Shown: positions 12,101 through 21,300 of the stretch, piece by piece
Layout: every line of letters begins with the position of its first letter
Position numbering within the stretch: the stretch's first letter is position 1
Assembly (NCBI GenBank): GCA_964519305.1
Contig: CAZFHY010000003.1
Location: 34,111 to 98,110, forward strand
DNA length: 64,000 nt
Source of the DNA: Candidatus Undinarchaeota archaeon
GTDB lineage: Archaea > SpSt-1190 > JASMDC01
Direction of reading: 5' to 3'
Translations under genes and position numbers: made by a program
The notes under the pieces: model-generated
Seen by the model: only the letters and a program-made list of their open reading frames with translations
Databases searched by the model: none
Told to the model about the DNA's origin: nothing

Positions 12101-13091
12101 GGACTTCCGTATCGTGGAACGCGAGGCGTTCTTCATCGGCGACGACATACCTATCACCATCCGGAGCAAGCGTGCCGGCACGATAACGTGCGCATCGGCA
12201 TGGGGCGAAGAACCAGCCCAGGAGCTGTCATGCACGCTCGAAGGTGGTAGGTGCACCATGAACTTCAAACCTGATAGGGCAGGAGTTCTCACCATCGCGT
12301 GTAACGCCTTTGGCATCGAGAAGAAGATGCAGGTCCAGGTGTGCGATCCCGCGGACACCTCGTACTGCAAGAACCTTCCGATCCGTGACCTGAGGCCGCC
12401 GCTATCGTTCAGCCTGGAACTGATCCCGGTGCGGCTCGAGTTGGCCCAGGGAGGGAGCGGCACCTTCACGGTGAAGCTCGCCAATACCTTGGAAAGCTCA
12501 GCCACGATAGAGGTGCATGTCGCAATGCCTGAGGACCTTGAATCCTCACTCCTTGGCTGGAACGCCAAGAGCATCTCGGTAGACGGCGCGGGGGAGAGGA
12601 CCGAGGAGAACACAGTGACTATCCCCTCGGACCTGTTGTTCGGTGAGTACTCGGCCACAATTAGGGCCAAGTCCGGCGTGAACTCGGTGGCCAAGGAGGT
12701 CATCATTTCCGTCATGTACGACGTGGACACGTTGAAGGGAAAGATGGATGAGTTCGAGACGGACCTTTCCACCGTGGAGAGCACCATCCTCGAGCTACAG
12801 CGCAAGGAGGTGGATCCCATGACCGCCCGTCTCTATTTGCGGAAGGCCATCGTATCCTCCCTCCAGATGAAGCGGAACTTCAACGATCAGCGATATGTAG
12901 TCGCTGAAGAGAAGCTGGAGGAGGGTGAAGGAACCCTCGACAAGGCCAAACGGGAAGCAGAGCTCGCCAAGGCGCTGGTGTCCATCGCACCGCAGGGTCG
13001 CAATCTCCTGCCGGTGGCCATCGGTGCTGCGCTCGTCATAGGGGCCATGAGCCTCATGATGCTCCGTGGCCCGACGAAGAAGAGACCCTGA
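3153..13091 (+). CDS. Giant (~3312 aa) membrane-anchored surface protein/adhesin: Cys-rich N-terminus, HxH repeats, F5/8-type C (discoidin)-like domain, TSP3-like Ca-binding repeats, Ig-like domain, coiled coil, C-terminal TM
   Basis: GGAGG RBS at 3140-3144 before ATG 3153; signal peptide (LALLAILVLATTMAVA); discoidin motifs WIQVDL..FEIHVSND..ARYI..LSEIEIFG (~6090-6525); DxDxDG repeats; C-terminal LLPVAIGAALVIGAMSLMML followed by basic RGPTKKRP. Confidence 0.88.
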   Translation: MAHKALNRTLALLAILVLATTMAVAEDECPAGKEEFTGCDGIYCIKPRCPSGFAADCRIDCIGTTVRACVDGFCECIEQDDGGDDGDDGPDLPDFGTQCNVATIDTSNLQAYYETYADQLCTISEHFRRYVGRTVAEPRYANEYEYYSESTDVQGEVLSSYEDALGKAISHTVTAEDRAIHHIIDFVKQYRNVLQLAEYTQEGCGGSCQICMANALEDPCTCRDDLCCAAQPKEFCDFHLNCYWDGMDETCKLKCSDTDMDQCGAFNCTGYLKPNINSNVVETVPKGSTMNDVCGLGDSAKHCTFDWTTDTCINICEQGTKTGSCTGKPLFAPHPDGYPQIESYCAMYDDGSKSATLRIEYSWDNFTYHRILTNETQFGENVIDFAFVPSTNCSEDVTITGEKVFTVPRDDVCSDLTNLEEIRRLDFADEDVLVLESKTYSKEFQDDEEAHCLYFELDKGAVDMQFTYDYATSTKRWLHGMATALDGQTPRVIEFPEDGGTITTKLVIPVNVEVTRVSFDLEGTLTEDVATEEDGSHGHIVAGDVTDEACHGHDITVGGTLYPTAEVCHSHEIEDGNAAGGCHTHTVTIAGKEYTSSEDGCHVHSPADSSSDVHTHMFIGIVSAIKSLSGDFGNDGADIPAEDLVGAKSIEDDAIAEALTGIVETCTCSGCSISEDGKTCSLDIAWSAASKGQLSISNMEFRWESNAEHDQGVAEAQAFVLYCADADPTACGDLLTKEAHPERFFAGDALPAGVGMEPLTPALPCDGCEAEKDWNRLTITPDAVNAILGEERVMHSLMVCAFAASNGKTETTADGVAWYETQASIELGFKNILAGINPYRDFVSRYGREVALGVKMTDYSGTEACTDGAGLEPVRQFIGFLSEAEANGQSAYGELMEEDGVFYGLGQTPLELGFVNIMGTALFPRLEIVASLLSDENIAENKFANRKIDVDSRAIVSGQSVACGYHPLKPTYEDIPDDINQLTDGVIMEDGNGWRSLVADNGNWIQVDLEESLGVSGLRLYAFKQGDDIMKPGNFEIHVSNDTEVYELIDEYVWELDAEETLVVFNQPITARYIAVVVVTDVINGQFATNTDQVVDEDGDIVLATGETVSEAQSGLSEIEIFGIRPVADDIEAYVNLADGTKKLLERFSPTSWAFDEEAFLAFNASGVAYLALPTSTQMIDTVLLTGVDPNTTDYTCPGGEGEVLPAALLEPTGGAGKRKVVMHEFPLDLSAFRLYDLELSYWSGREGCLVDQEGCEVFNSTREAELLILDNAVYVDTIDEPFSIGLGNGTGIETGDGLFEISVSDTEVYPGEFIEVFVRFTPSKDTETEKLLFSTRLDNVTDDLMADGFRNLLHFRMDKEEVKKRVQISGCFWADIVSVQITSHMTDKEEDVLSGLHEEFGTSAVQTRERLGGIVKGVPYNATFTFRASTLHNKGSRSDLPHTWLLRADVLNSFIGSKGRSFLPKEIVIPIRIYKEGLEDKEEESCVPACLGDQLISLEVCKGLSLLCTHYIRDFFAMTTILKDYYIKAQNALDDIDEYALAEDAFLNIQQGTTGLERGASRPVDLNLEVPALKRVWTDQIIDKERISKWLSDVMLGLARGQQSAAVGEMDTRETLAFWDKMMPENQQWALERYEVCKVKMKSLGKFSCLEFDGFKKMKENSRAAFEAARTKYGVPYNQLMFWNGIQRNLEVTFDPIKKENKPKEVFEACLDADCGVKQQTLALDDGADIALSGTRLTLKSTHRDLPNEVISFVSNLDPTELEDIPRQISVDLFLRSRQATLFSENGVKLAYPPLPDVPSEYTIPDHGVTISFSRSNVLVEWDQGSCEKCELWITTELGNWTGQWYVFDLGRFSAVAKGYEELVREERARQWARMTPVTYEGDDPLKLEEIMSFFGFMSTVLNDVCVVAQENAQMLARGEDIAELHDISNAMSRITEKLPAGWDQLVGEVVRGWAANETVHTIMNLGDPIVDKGDTMRADSVVKASNDLLGYMCMQTIRTKEGPGDDDSAFTDLSAFADHWDCSRLSPADCGQGLSASYCSPSGSQGRCAPLTSSSEMVFFAEPDSIDAIELAERLAAPGVTSVTVVSPECLTGVLLALAERTMICEDIDSLAARMGLLGCTRQRAGSCIDDEVIESVAISSCKMDESGCSPTTELSADHDIWMVSCTGKAPLRELDLPQCTSYEMTLDEFPEELSTNAEGEVTVTVSLTETQPCMARTFALDAAREEDVDGSLCRVTSSMPIYFSLGGEGVTTATKKVVIRTGSEPGVCRLEVSVFDGAKTTKNIAFPVIPADEPTGECAAGLHKENGVCCAEGYTCCDSNDQCASLNTCTAISAQDLYYVTNHCDTESNRCVEDDAEKWVHCSATGKLCESGVGCVPPGPVNVIDMAIDAMIGDEYRRGEEFPVFVDVLDDKLDHITGATVTVTVGDSSVTLTEDSALGYTATMTLDTLGEHTLKVSADKDGNKATLEKTVTIYTILDLSWTVDPLSTFAGDQVIATLNAVDGEGQPVTDLKATFTLDGNEVQFDEGRVRIPADVDTVDPAHTLRACVSKAYYRPVTTCADGEKCCRPKIIFVDENPFKIEFPFDDPLDPDWPEPGIDADGDGMDDGWEKHYGVSDPAADPDLDGLSNLQEFQRRTNPTKWDTDDDGYSDLDEVESGTNPLDPISRPAGAPKVRIDDDNDQMDDGWEKQHGVSDPAEDHDLDGLTNLDEFQKGTNPTVWDTDSDGFSDGNEVNAGTDPVDQKSRPPLPPVIVKDDDGDGMDDGWEKHYGVDDPAADPDMDSLNNLDEFLHGTNPGAWDSDGDGYSDGHEAEDGTDPIDPRSRPVTSPKLQKDEDSDGMDDGWEAYYGVTDPAGDPDLDGLTNLQEFQQGTHPTIWDSDGDGYSDKEETERGTDPVDRRSHPTGGPTIFVDEDNDGMDDGWERMHGVDDPSEDADLDGLSNLEEFQYGTNPTSWDTDGDGYSDKEEVKAGTDPVDPASRPLDFRIVEREAFFIGDDIPITIRSKRAGTITCASAWGEEPAQELSCTLEGGRCTMNFKPDRAGVLTIACNAFGIEKKMQVQVCDPADTSYCKNLPIRDLRPPLSFSLELIPVRLELAQGGSGTFTVKLANTLESSATIEVHVAMPEDLESSLLGWNAKSISVDGAGERTEENTVTIPSDLLFGEYSATIRAKSGVNSVAKEVIISVMYDVDTLKGKMDEFETDLSTVESTILELQRKEVDPMTARLYLRKAIVSSLQMKRNFNDQRYVVAEEKLEEGEGTLDKAKREAELAKALVSIAPQGRNLLPVAIGAALVIGAMSLMMLRGPTKKRP
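4761..5000 (+). repeat. Six HxH motifs (four as C-H-x-H) inside the giant protein
   Basis: SHGH, CHGH, CHSH, CHTH, CHVH and VHTH occur within 80 residues. Confidence 0.8.
10950..12100 (+). repeat. Five tandem 234-bp (78-aa) thrombospondin type 3-like Ca-binding repeats
   Basis: MDDGWE codons start at 10971, 11205, 11439, 11673 and 11907 (exact 234-nt period). Each unit reads DxDxDGMDDGWE..DPDLDGLxNLxEF..TNP..WDxDGDGYSD..E...GTDPxD. Confidence 0.92.
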
Positions 13092-13171
13092 AAGGTTCTT
13101 GAAGTGATACGCCCGATGGGGGTCCGGTGCACACGGTGCCGGGCCCCCACACGTTATAGACACTCACAAGA

Positions 13172-16100
13172 GTGATCAGAAGGCCTGACAGCAACCTTAT
13201 AAGAGGTAATGCAGATAAGAATATCACCGTGAAGTCGGAGGAGTGGCCAAGGGCATCTGCGAGGATCGCAGCGACCTGTGCGATCATCTCGCTCTGGTTG
13301 ATGCTCGATCCCGTGACCTCCTTGTGCAATGGTGTCGCCGACAGTTGCGGTACGGGTACGGCCACAATACTCGACATAGGCCGCGTTGATGTGGCATTTA
13401 CCTTGATCGTAAGTCAGAATGACCTCGTAACAGTCCTCGGTTCTCCATCGGAGGACATGCTACAGAGAATGGTCTGCACGACAGCACGAGAGAAATTCGC
13501 TGTAGAGTTCTGCTATGCGACCTACCATTCGGCCACACGTACGCTCTATGGGCATCTGATACTTGCGGATGCATCACGTTACATTGATGAAATGGACATA
13601 GTATCGGGCGAGCTCAAGCTAGATCTTGAATATCGACCGATCGTGCGCTACCTCTTTCCAACATTGACCGTCCAGTGGGATGAGAGGGTCGTCGCGTTCG
13701 GGCGGTCGGTCTCTGCGACAAATACTGGCACTGGCGGACGCGTGCATGCCCAGTTGACGGTCCCTATCGATACGGGGCTCACCATATCAAACGTGAACCA
13801 CGCGTCCCAAATAAGCCATGGCCTGTATACACCCATCGTCGTGACCACGAGCGGCATCGAACCCACTTCTTGCCTGGTACGGGTAGTACGTGGTGAGGAT
13901 ATGATATTCTCCACCGCGACAGTGGGATGTGGGCCTGTCTATCTTGTCGCGAATCAAGCATGGGTCCCTGCGGCCGATTATGAACTTCAGGCACTGGCGA
14001 TCACTATCGATGGAGAGAACATCAGTGCAGATATCCGTTCATCGCCCTTGGAGATAACTACGGTGTCAACATTCGTCAACCTCACGCTCTCTATTCACCG
14101 TCCATCAGGCACCCTTGTTTCCGGTGAATCCTTCGTCGCGGTGCTCGCCACGGAAGAAGCATCAGTAACATCGACGGTCAGCGTGCTCGGCCCGGACCTC
14201 AACGAGGTTGATCGACATCAGGCGGACGATTTCGACCGCTCTGAGATTGGTATCAACACCGGCGATTACGCTCTTGGAGACTATCTGGTGTTAATGCAGG
14301 CGTCACACCCTGTCGTGGGCTCGACAACGGTCTCACGACGCTTCAGGATAGTGACCGCACGTGCCGTCGAGGAGGAGGCGCCCTTCACCGATAAACAGGA
14401 GTACACGACGGAGGAGTCGATCCGTGTGAGCTTCCCCGGCCTGAACTCTGAATGTGCGGCCTACGTTCGTGACCACGTCGGGACCGTGTACGCATCAAGC
14501 GCTCCGCGCGAGCCATGCTCGGGCTTCTTTCTGGACATTCCCGATACCGTCCCCTCTGGTGTTTACACGCTCGATGTAGAGGTCTATCAGGGGCCTGCGC
14601 TCCGTGGGACCCGGAGGACATCGGTGCGCATCGAGCGCATAGAGCATGTGGACCGGTTGCGGGAGGTATGCCGCAAAGGCCTGCTCATGCTCACGAAGGA
14701 TACAGGTGTCCCTTGCTTGGACGTGGGTAAGATATGCTCCCCTGGACCAGATGACATGCCTTACTGCCTTTGTACGAACGGTCCCGAACTCCCTAGCCGC
14801 GACCATGTCTGTCTTCCTGGTGCGACGTGTACCAAGGATGGATGTCTAGAAGGCTCGCAGGTGGTCGTTGACACGTCCGGGGGTATGTGTACCGTACGGG
14901 CCGGCTTCCTCTTCCTGCCATGCCTCCATGAGGGTAATATTTGTTCGAAGACATCCTGCTCTTGTCTTGACACGGACGAGAGCACGGTGGATGTCTGTTA
15001 CTATGGGGAGCTATGCACGCATGATGGATGTGGTCCTCCCTCCCTCCTCGCACGGATCCGTGAGCTAGATCCTGACCATGAGCGAATCGGACGGCTGAGA
15101 CAGGGGACCGTGATTGAGGTCGAGGCCGTCCTTCGGTACAAGGACCAACCCCTGACCGATGGCGCCGATGCTAGTCTAATCATCAGGGGTACGGAGTACC
15201 GGGCAAGGACTCGCGAGCATGAAGGCAGCGGAGTGTGGCGGTTCGGCTTCTTCGTCCGCACCGAGCTCGAACCAGGTGACTACAAAGCGTATTTCCGGTT
15301 CTCCGCACAGGGCGAGGTGTGGTTGTCTATGCGGCCTTTTGAGGTCTGGAACGATGCTACGAGCTTCTTGGTGACCCCGCTTGGGCGATTGCAGATGACA
15401 CTCGACCACGAGGACCTTATGTACGGTTCCACGCGACGCCTCCTTCTGACCGTTGAGGATGATGGGGGTGAGACAGTGGATGATCTCCCCCAGAGCGCTT
15501 TCTATGCCACTCTTGATGATGTGCCCCTTGAGGTGAGCGGGGTATCGTTCGAGCCGAGCAAGGATTACTGGGAGGTCGATGTCCTGTTACGGAATGCCAC
15601 TCCCGAGCACCTAGGTCAGGGCATGGGCGATTACAACCTCACAAAACTCACGCTCTCTGTATCGGACCTAGGCAGGGAAGGTTCCATGGAGATACCAGAG
15701 GTCCGCATCTACGTCAAGGAGAGAGCCACTCTGGAGATAGTGTCCTTCGAGCCCCGGTCATACATCTATCAGATCGAGACCAGTTTGGGGTTCGACCTTG
15801 ATATCAACCTGAATATGAAACGGTTGACAGGGAACGACCTCCGGAACATTAAGATCAACATAATCAACAGGGGTGGTCTCTTGCACGGGCCTGACGGTGA
15901 CGAGATGCTCCCCGATCAGAACGTCACATTTGGTTGGGATGATATTGCGCTCATCAGCACACCTGCCGGAGTACGCGCCACGGTGCGGAACATCGCGTTC
16001 TGCAATCCTCCGGTCTTCGTCCAGCGTTCACTGGTGGTGAACGTATCCATACCGGGAGTCGTGAGCGACGAAGCGTTGCTAGCCGTTCGTGGGAATCCTA

Positions 16101-16456
16101 CTTATTTCCTTTACCCGAAGGGCTCGGAGACGAAGGGGTGCGAACCCCTTCGTGCCGGTGAGACGTCCTACGGTGCCGTGGTCGGAGAGTATCGCGTTGG
16201 ACGAGATTTCGCGGTTGTTCAAGTGAGCACCTCAAAGCGCTCATGGCCACCCGATACCCGTGTGGTGTTCGAGCTGGTGCGCGGCCATCCCGAGGTGCCC
16301 GATGTATATAATTGCATCCTGGAACCAGAAGAGACCACGAAGGAGTGTGTTTTCACTGGGCTTTCTATCCGGCCAGGAACGTATGCCATGGCCGCCTCAA
16401 TCCAGACCGGCGACATCGTCCTGCGAAAGGTCGCTGATAAAGTGGTGGTCACATGA
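13172..16456 (+). CDS. Secreted multi-domain protein with Ig-like beta-sandwich regions and a duplicated Cys module
   Basis: 1094-aa ORF; hydrophobic N-terminal segment (start may be GTG 13229); Ig-like strand patterns (PSGVYTLDVEV, EPGDYKAYFRF, RPGTYAMAASI); twin modules PCLDVGKIC..CLC..VCLPGATCTKDGC and PCLHEGNIC..CSC..VCYYGELCTHDGC. Confidence 0.75.
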   Translation: MIRRPDSNLIRGNADKNITVKSEEWPRASARIAATCAIISLWLMLDPVTSLCNGVADSCGTGTATILDIGRVDVAFTLIVSQNDLVTVLGSPSEDMLQRMVCTTAREKFAVEFCYATYHSATRTLYGHLILADASRYIDEMDIVSGELKLDLEYRPIVRYLFPTLTVQWDERVVAFGRSVSATNTGTGGRVHAQLTVPIDTGLTISNVNHASQISHGLYTPIVVTTSGIEPTSCLVRVVRGEDMIFSTATVGCGPVYLVANQAWVPAADYELQALAITIDGENISADIRSSPLEITTVSTFVNLTLSIHRPSGTLVSGESFVAVLATEEASVTSTVSVLGPDLNEVDRHQADDFDRSEIGINTGDYALGDYLVLMQASHPVVGSTTVSRRFRIVTARAVEEEAPFTDKQEYTTEESIRVSFPGLNSECAAYVRDHVGTVYASSAPREPCSGFFLDIPDTVPSGVYTLDVEVYQGPALRGTRRTSVRIERIEHVDRLREVCRKGLLMLTKDTGVPCLDVGKICSPGPDDMPYCLCTNGPELPSRDHVCLPGATCTKDGCLEGSQVVVDTSGGMCTVRAGFLFLPCLHEGNICSKTSCSCLDTDESTVDVCYYGELCTHDGCGPPSLLARIRELDPDHERIGRLRQGTVIEVEAVLRYKDQPLTDGADASLIIRGTEYRARTREHEGSGVWRFGFFVRTELEPGDYKAYFRFSAQGEVWLSMRPFEVWNDATSFLVTPLGRLQMTLDHEDLMYGSTRRLLLTVEDDGGETVDDLPQSAFYATLDDVPLEVSGVSFEPSKDYWEVDVLLRNATPEHLGQGMGDYNLTKLTLSVSDLGREGSMEIPEVRIYVKERATLEIVSFEPRSYIYQIETSLGFDLDINLNMKRLTGNDLRNIKINIINRGGLLHGPDGDEMLPDQNVTFGWDDIALISTPAGVRATVRNIAFCNPPVFVQRSLVVNVSIPGVVSDEALLAVRGNPTYFLYPKGSETKGCEPLRAGETSYGAVVGEYRVGRDFAVVQVSTSKRSWPPDTRVVFELVRGHPEVPDVYNCILEPEETTKECVFTGLSIRPGTYAMAASIQTGDIVLRKVADKVVVT

Positions 16457-18300
16457 GGACCCGGATCACCACGTCTTCGGGCAAGCGCGGTCAGATGGCG
16501 CTCATAGCGATGCTTGCATTTGTCCTAGTCGTGTTCACGGTCATTATGGGTATAATGCGCAGCCGTGCCATCGAGCGTAACACGGAATCGGACCGTAACC
16601 GTTTGGAGGACGAACGGACCACGGACCTCCAGCTCTCACGGATCGTGGACGAGTCCTTACGGGAGAGCGTTCATGCAGCTGCAAAAGAGATTGGCTCGCA
16701 CGGTGGTTATCGCGCAGAGAACGTACCGCCGCTCGTGCTCTCGGGGATCCCCTTCTGGTTCCATGACGGTGTCATCCTCCAGGTCCCATCACATGAGGCC
16801 GTGGAGGCCGCTGTACGCACAGAGGCACAGGTGCGTCTTCGCCAAGAGCTCGAAAGGATCGTATCACTCCCTGAACATGAAAGGCTCGGTCTCAAGCTCA
16901 AGATGGTATCGTTCATGCTCACCATGAGCGAATCGAACATTGTCTCAGAAGCTAAGATAGAGATGGAATATAGCCCCGGGGACGCGATAAAGCGCACGAC
17001 ACTCACACCGGCCGTTACTGCCCACCTCCGTCTTGAGCACCTTCGACAGCGAATGGTCGCCGTTTTCGACTACCTGATTGAGAACCGCACCGTACGTGAC
17101 CGCCTCTTCGACGTTATGGGGGATGACATGCGCATCCCCAATCCCAAGGGGAGCGAGCCTGCTGAATGTGGGAACGTAACAATCCCTGGATCCACTATCG
17201 GGGACGCTATGGGCGAGGACGCCTCGCTGGTAGCCATCCAAGTGCTGTCTCAGATACGTCGGAACGGAACATTGACAGAGGCAGAGCTTCAGTGGCGCAT
17301 GGCACCTGTTATGAGCGAGCTTGAGTTCGCGCTTAGGGACCGGTTCGGTTATACGAACAAGGTGGTCAAGGAAAGTATCCCGTTCATTCTTGGTACGTGT
17401 CAACGGTCGTGGCGCGTGAACTACAACCTCACCCTTCCGATTGTCATCTCTGCTGTGGACCTGCGCAGGAGCGCTCGTGTGGTCGGTGGCGACGATGTGA
17501 GCGTCGTGTCGCCCCTTTCGTTCAATGCCGTGTTCCAAGCAAGGATCGTCGAGAACCAGGCCATTGAACGTCAAACGGGAGCCACAAGCACCGATGATGG
17601 ATGTGTTGGGAAGTGCTCGATCACCCTCACAGTGGACGACGATGATCCCGATGATGGCCTTCCCTTACTAGAGAGTGTTGCTGTTGAGGGGTGCGACCTC
17701 GATCTCGGTACAACCTCACAGCTGGATGGCCAGGAGTTCACAGAAGTGCCCTGTGGCGATGTAGCGCTCACGATACGGCCTCGCCCCGGGACCGATCGCT
17801 TCGGGATAGATACAAGACACCGTCTTACTGAGGGTGAGGACGCAGAGCTTGAGCTGGTCCTCCGGTCAACTGCATCGCTCAACGGGACTGTAGTAAGGCA
17901 GAGGAGGGTGCTCTGTGTGGCGGGTTCCGAGGAGTCCTGTATTGGTCATACCCATGAAACCGGTACTGACATTCTTGGTTTCATCGTCGGCGTCCCGCCC
18001 AGATATGTTGAGGTCGTACTCGCGTCGCTGGAGGCCCAGGACCTCGTCTTCGTGACGCGTGCCGACGAGGATGGTAAATACAGCTTCCCGCATGTCCGTT
18101 CAGGGACCTATGTGGTAGCGAGTCTTCCATCACGGGACAACCTGGGTAATCCCGGGTTCAAGGTGCTCCCCTCGATGGAGCACATCGTGCTCTCGCCTGG
18201 CGAGAACGAACACACAATAGTCCTCCAGCCTTTTAGCCCCGTACGGGATAAGGAAGGTTGGACGACCATCGATACCGTGGAGGCGTGTGAGACATGCTAA
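16453..18300 (+). CDS. Class III (prepilin-type) signal peptide protein with a C-terminal carboxypeptidase-regulatory/Cna-B-like domain
   Basis: N-terminus GKRG|QMALIAMLAFVLVVFTVIMGIM fits the archaeal class III cleavage motif plus hydrophobic helix; C-terminal TRADEDGKYSFPHVRSGTYVV; ATGA overlap with the upstream stop codon. Confidence 0.75.
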   Translation: MRTRITTSSGKRGQMALIAMLAFVLVVFTVIMGIMRSRAIERNTESDRNRLEDERTTDLQLSRIVDESLRESVHAAAKEIGSHGGYRAENVPPLVLSGIPFWFHDGVILQVPSHEAVEAAVRTEAQVRLRQELERIVSLPEHERLGLKLKMVSFMLTMSESNIVSEAKIEMEYSPGDAIKRTTLTPAVTAHLRLEHLRQRMVAVFDYLIENRTVRDRLFDVMGDDMRIPNPKGSEPAECGNVTIPGSTIGDAMGEDASLVAIQVLSQIRRNGTLTEAELQWRMAPVMSELEFALRDRFGYTNKVVKESIPFILGTCQRSWRVNYNLTLPIVISAVDLRRSARVVGGDDVSVVSPLSFNAVFQARIVENQAIERQTGATSTDDGCVGKCSITLTVDDDDPDDGLPLLESVAVEGCDLDLGTTSQLDGQEFTEVPCGDVALTIRPRPGTDRFGIDTRHRLTEGEDAELELVLRSTASLNGTVVRQRRVLCVAGSEESCIGHTHETGTDILGFIVGVPPRYVEVVLASLEAQDLVFVTRADEDGKYSFPHVRSGTYVVASLPSRDNLGNPGFKVLPSMEHIVLSPGENEHTIVLQPFSPVRDKEGWTTIDTVEACETC

Positions 18301-21300
18301 CCATAACAAAACATCACCGGAAAAGGGATCAAGGTCTATGGCGCAGCACATTCGCGTTCATAATCCTCATGATAGCCCTTATCCCAGCCACGGGGCTCCG
18401 CACGTCATGTACAGCGAGCCTCACTGATGGCATCCCGGATCCCGATGCCACTCATGCTATAGTGGGTGGATTCCACATGATCCCCCATGCCCTGTGTGAG
18501 GAGGGTAAGGCGTACGATGGATGCTGCCGTCATGGGGAAGGGCTCCCGTGTGCGCCTGAACTTGTGGCGAACTCCAGTTGCTGTGTTGGTGATGACCGCG
18601 GGGTCCAACGAGAAGCCGTGCTTGTGTTCGAGCTGAAGGAGCACCGACCGTTCAGGGCGGCCACCATCACGCTCGTGCATGCGTGCCATCCGGCCGAGAC
18701 CGGAGGACAGTGCCATGCTGAGAGCCCGATGGTGCTCAACTATTGCGAAGGCGGATCCTGCAGTTCCTCTGCGGTGGGATGTGACGACGGTACACTCTCC
18801 GATGCCGATGTGACGTGCACGGGTAGCGGGACATGCACTGTTCTGCGGACCGTGGACGCGGCCATCGAGCAAGCGATGCAGGCAGGGTGGGACACAGTTA
18901 CCTTCCGTGTAGCACCTGTATCGTCCACCTACGTCCGTACATGGCCCGTCCCGGCTTTGTGCACATCACTAGGTGATGCATGTGCTGCGGTCACTTCGGC
19001 CCCCGCCACGAGGCTCTCCCTCGTCTATGGGGAACCCGGCGCTCCCGTTCTCACCATCCATGACAGCTGCAAGGCAGGCACCCAGTGCAAACCGGGTGAG
19101 GAATGGGAGTGCGTTGATCTCGACGATGATGGCACGGGGAACTGTGGTGAGTGCACCGATGAGCCCGGCGCCCCCTGCTTGGACGACAATGGCAGAAAGG
19201 GTTACTGCTGCGGAGGCCAGTGTGCGACTATGGGGCCTGTGTGGGCCGATTCTGACGATGACGGTCGTGCTGACTCGGGTATAGATCCCTGTGGTGAGAG
19301 CGACTGCACCGCGACGCTCGTATGCTCAAGTGGTTCATGGTCGTGTGGATCGACCGGGGAAGGTTGCTGTACAGAGGAAGGACTGCGCTCGTGCGATGAC
19401 ACAGGGACCTGCACGTCAGGAACACCACAGGACTGTGGGAGCGATTCATGCGCGGCGGGCGCCTGCCGGACCCCCTGCGGTGTGGGCGGCTCCTGTCCCT
19501 CTGGCCACCACTGCGTCAATCTGGAAGGCATATTGGTTTGTTTGAAGCTCTGCAGCTCAGTTGGCCAGTGCGAATCGGGTGAATCATGCTTCGATACCAA
19601 TGCAAATGGAGGCCCGGACGCATGCGGACCCTGCGCTATCGACGGCGTTCGCTGTACTGGTGTCGATGGGACTGGCTACTGCTGTCGCGGTGCGTGCGTC
19701 TATACGAGCATCGGCGACACGAACGACGATAATAAGCTGGCCGCGGGTGATACCTGCGGGACGACAGGCTGTTCGGGTAGCCCCGTTTGCACGATCTCGG
19801 GCACAGGACCTGCGTGGACCTGCTCGACCGAGGGATCATCATGCTGTACGAACGTCGGTCAGGGCATCTGTAGCGACCTCCAGTGTCAGAACGCGGTCTC
19901 GTGCGGAGCGTACGCATGCACGGATGGTGGATGTACCAGCTCGTGCGACTCGCCCGATGATTGTGCGAGCCTGGACGCTTGCATCGATGTCGAGGGGACA
20001 CATGTACCGCAGACATGCGGTGACTGCTCTGAGCATGAAGGAAGTCCTTGTATCACATCCAGTGGTAGCACGGGTCTTTGCTGCGCTGGTGAGTGCCGGC
20101 TCGGGGAAGGACGAGGTGTAACATGTGGTCGCGATTGCCATTGCACCGAGGACCTCGCTTGCGCCGAAGGATTGGGTGTATGCCTCACGGGACCAGGAGG
20201 TGCCTGCGAAGAGAACGGGGACTGCGCGTCGGGCTGCTGTGCTGGCGGGATGTGCTTCCAGCGCGGTGCCGGTCTGCTTGATGATCCTTGTGGTGCGGAT
20301 TGCGAGTGTAGTGACGGTCTGGCATGTGGCGGCGGTCGCTGTCGACGGGAGCTCGGGGCCTCGTGCGACGGTGCCTTCGACTGTGCCTCCGGATGTTGTG
20401 TGCATGGTTCTTGCATAGGATCTGAGAAGGTGTTGGGTGGGAGCCCCTGCCTCGCCGACTGCCAGTGCACGCAAGGCTTCGCCTGCCACCGTAGCGATCC
20501 TACGGACACTACCGGCGTCTGCCTGGTGGCCACATCAAAGACATGCACCTCGCACTATGCCTGTGTCTCGGGCTGCTGCGCCGACGGTGTATGCGTTGAT
20601 GATAGGACGCTGCCCGTTCGTGATGCATGCACCGAGAATTGTCAGTGCTCAGAAAGCATGGCCTGCCTCGATAACATCTGTCTCGTACCATTGGGTGGAT
20701 CGTGTGCGGCAGGCAACGAGTGCGAGCTCGGTGTGTGTGTTAACGAGACCTGTGTCGCACGGGGCGATAAGGGCCTCGATGATACATGTGCACTGGAGAA
20801 CGAGTGCGCTGACGGGCTCACGTGCGTCAATGGCATCTGCCTGTTCAATCTAGGAAAGCTGGCCACCTCGAGCACTCAGTGCGCCTCGGACTGTGCCAGT
20901 GGTGGAGTGTGCATCGAGCCGAAATCAATTATCCATCTGAGCCTGTGCAACGATCCATGCGCGTGCCAGCAGGGACTTATCTGCAATGCAATCAAGGGCG
21001 TCTGCCTCCGTGACGTGGGTGGTTCTTGCGGAGCCCACAGTGACTGCGACCGGGGATGTTGTGCGGACGACAAATGTGCTGCTGCCGGAGTCAAGGAGGT
21101 GGGTAAGTCCTGTACCATCGACTGCGAATGCACGTCATGGGTGTGCGCGGCCGGGAAATGCGCATCGGCGCGCCCGTGTGCGACCGCGGCCGACTGTATG
21201 GTAGAGCTTGAGCGCAAGCTATGCGTGGACGGAGTCTGCAAGGCGCGGTGCGAACCGGAAGGCCTTCAGTGCGACGGATCCAACGTAACAGGCTTCTGCT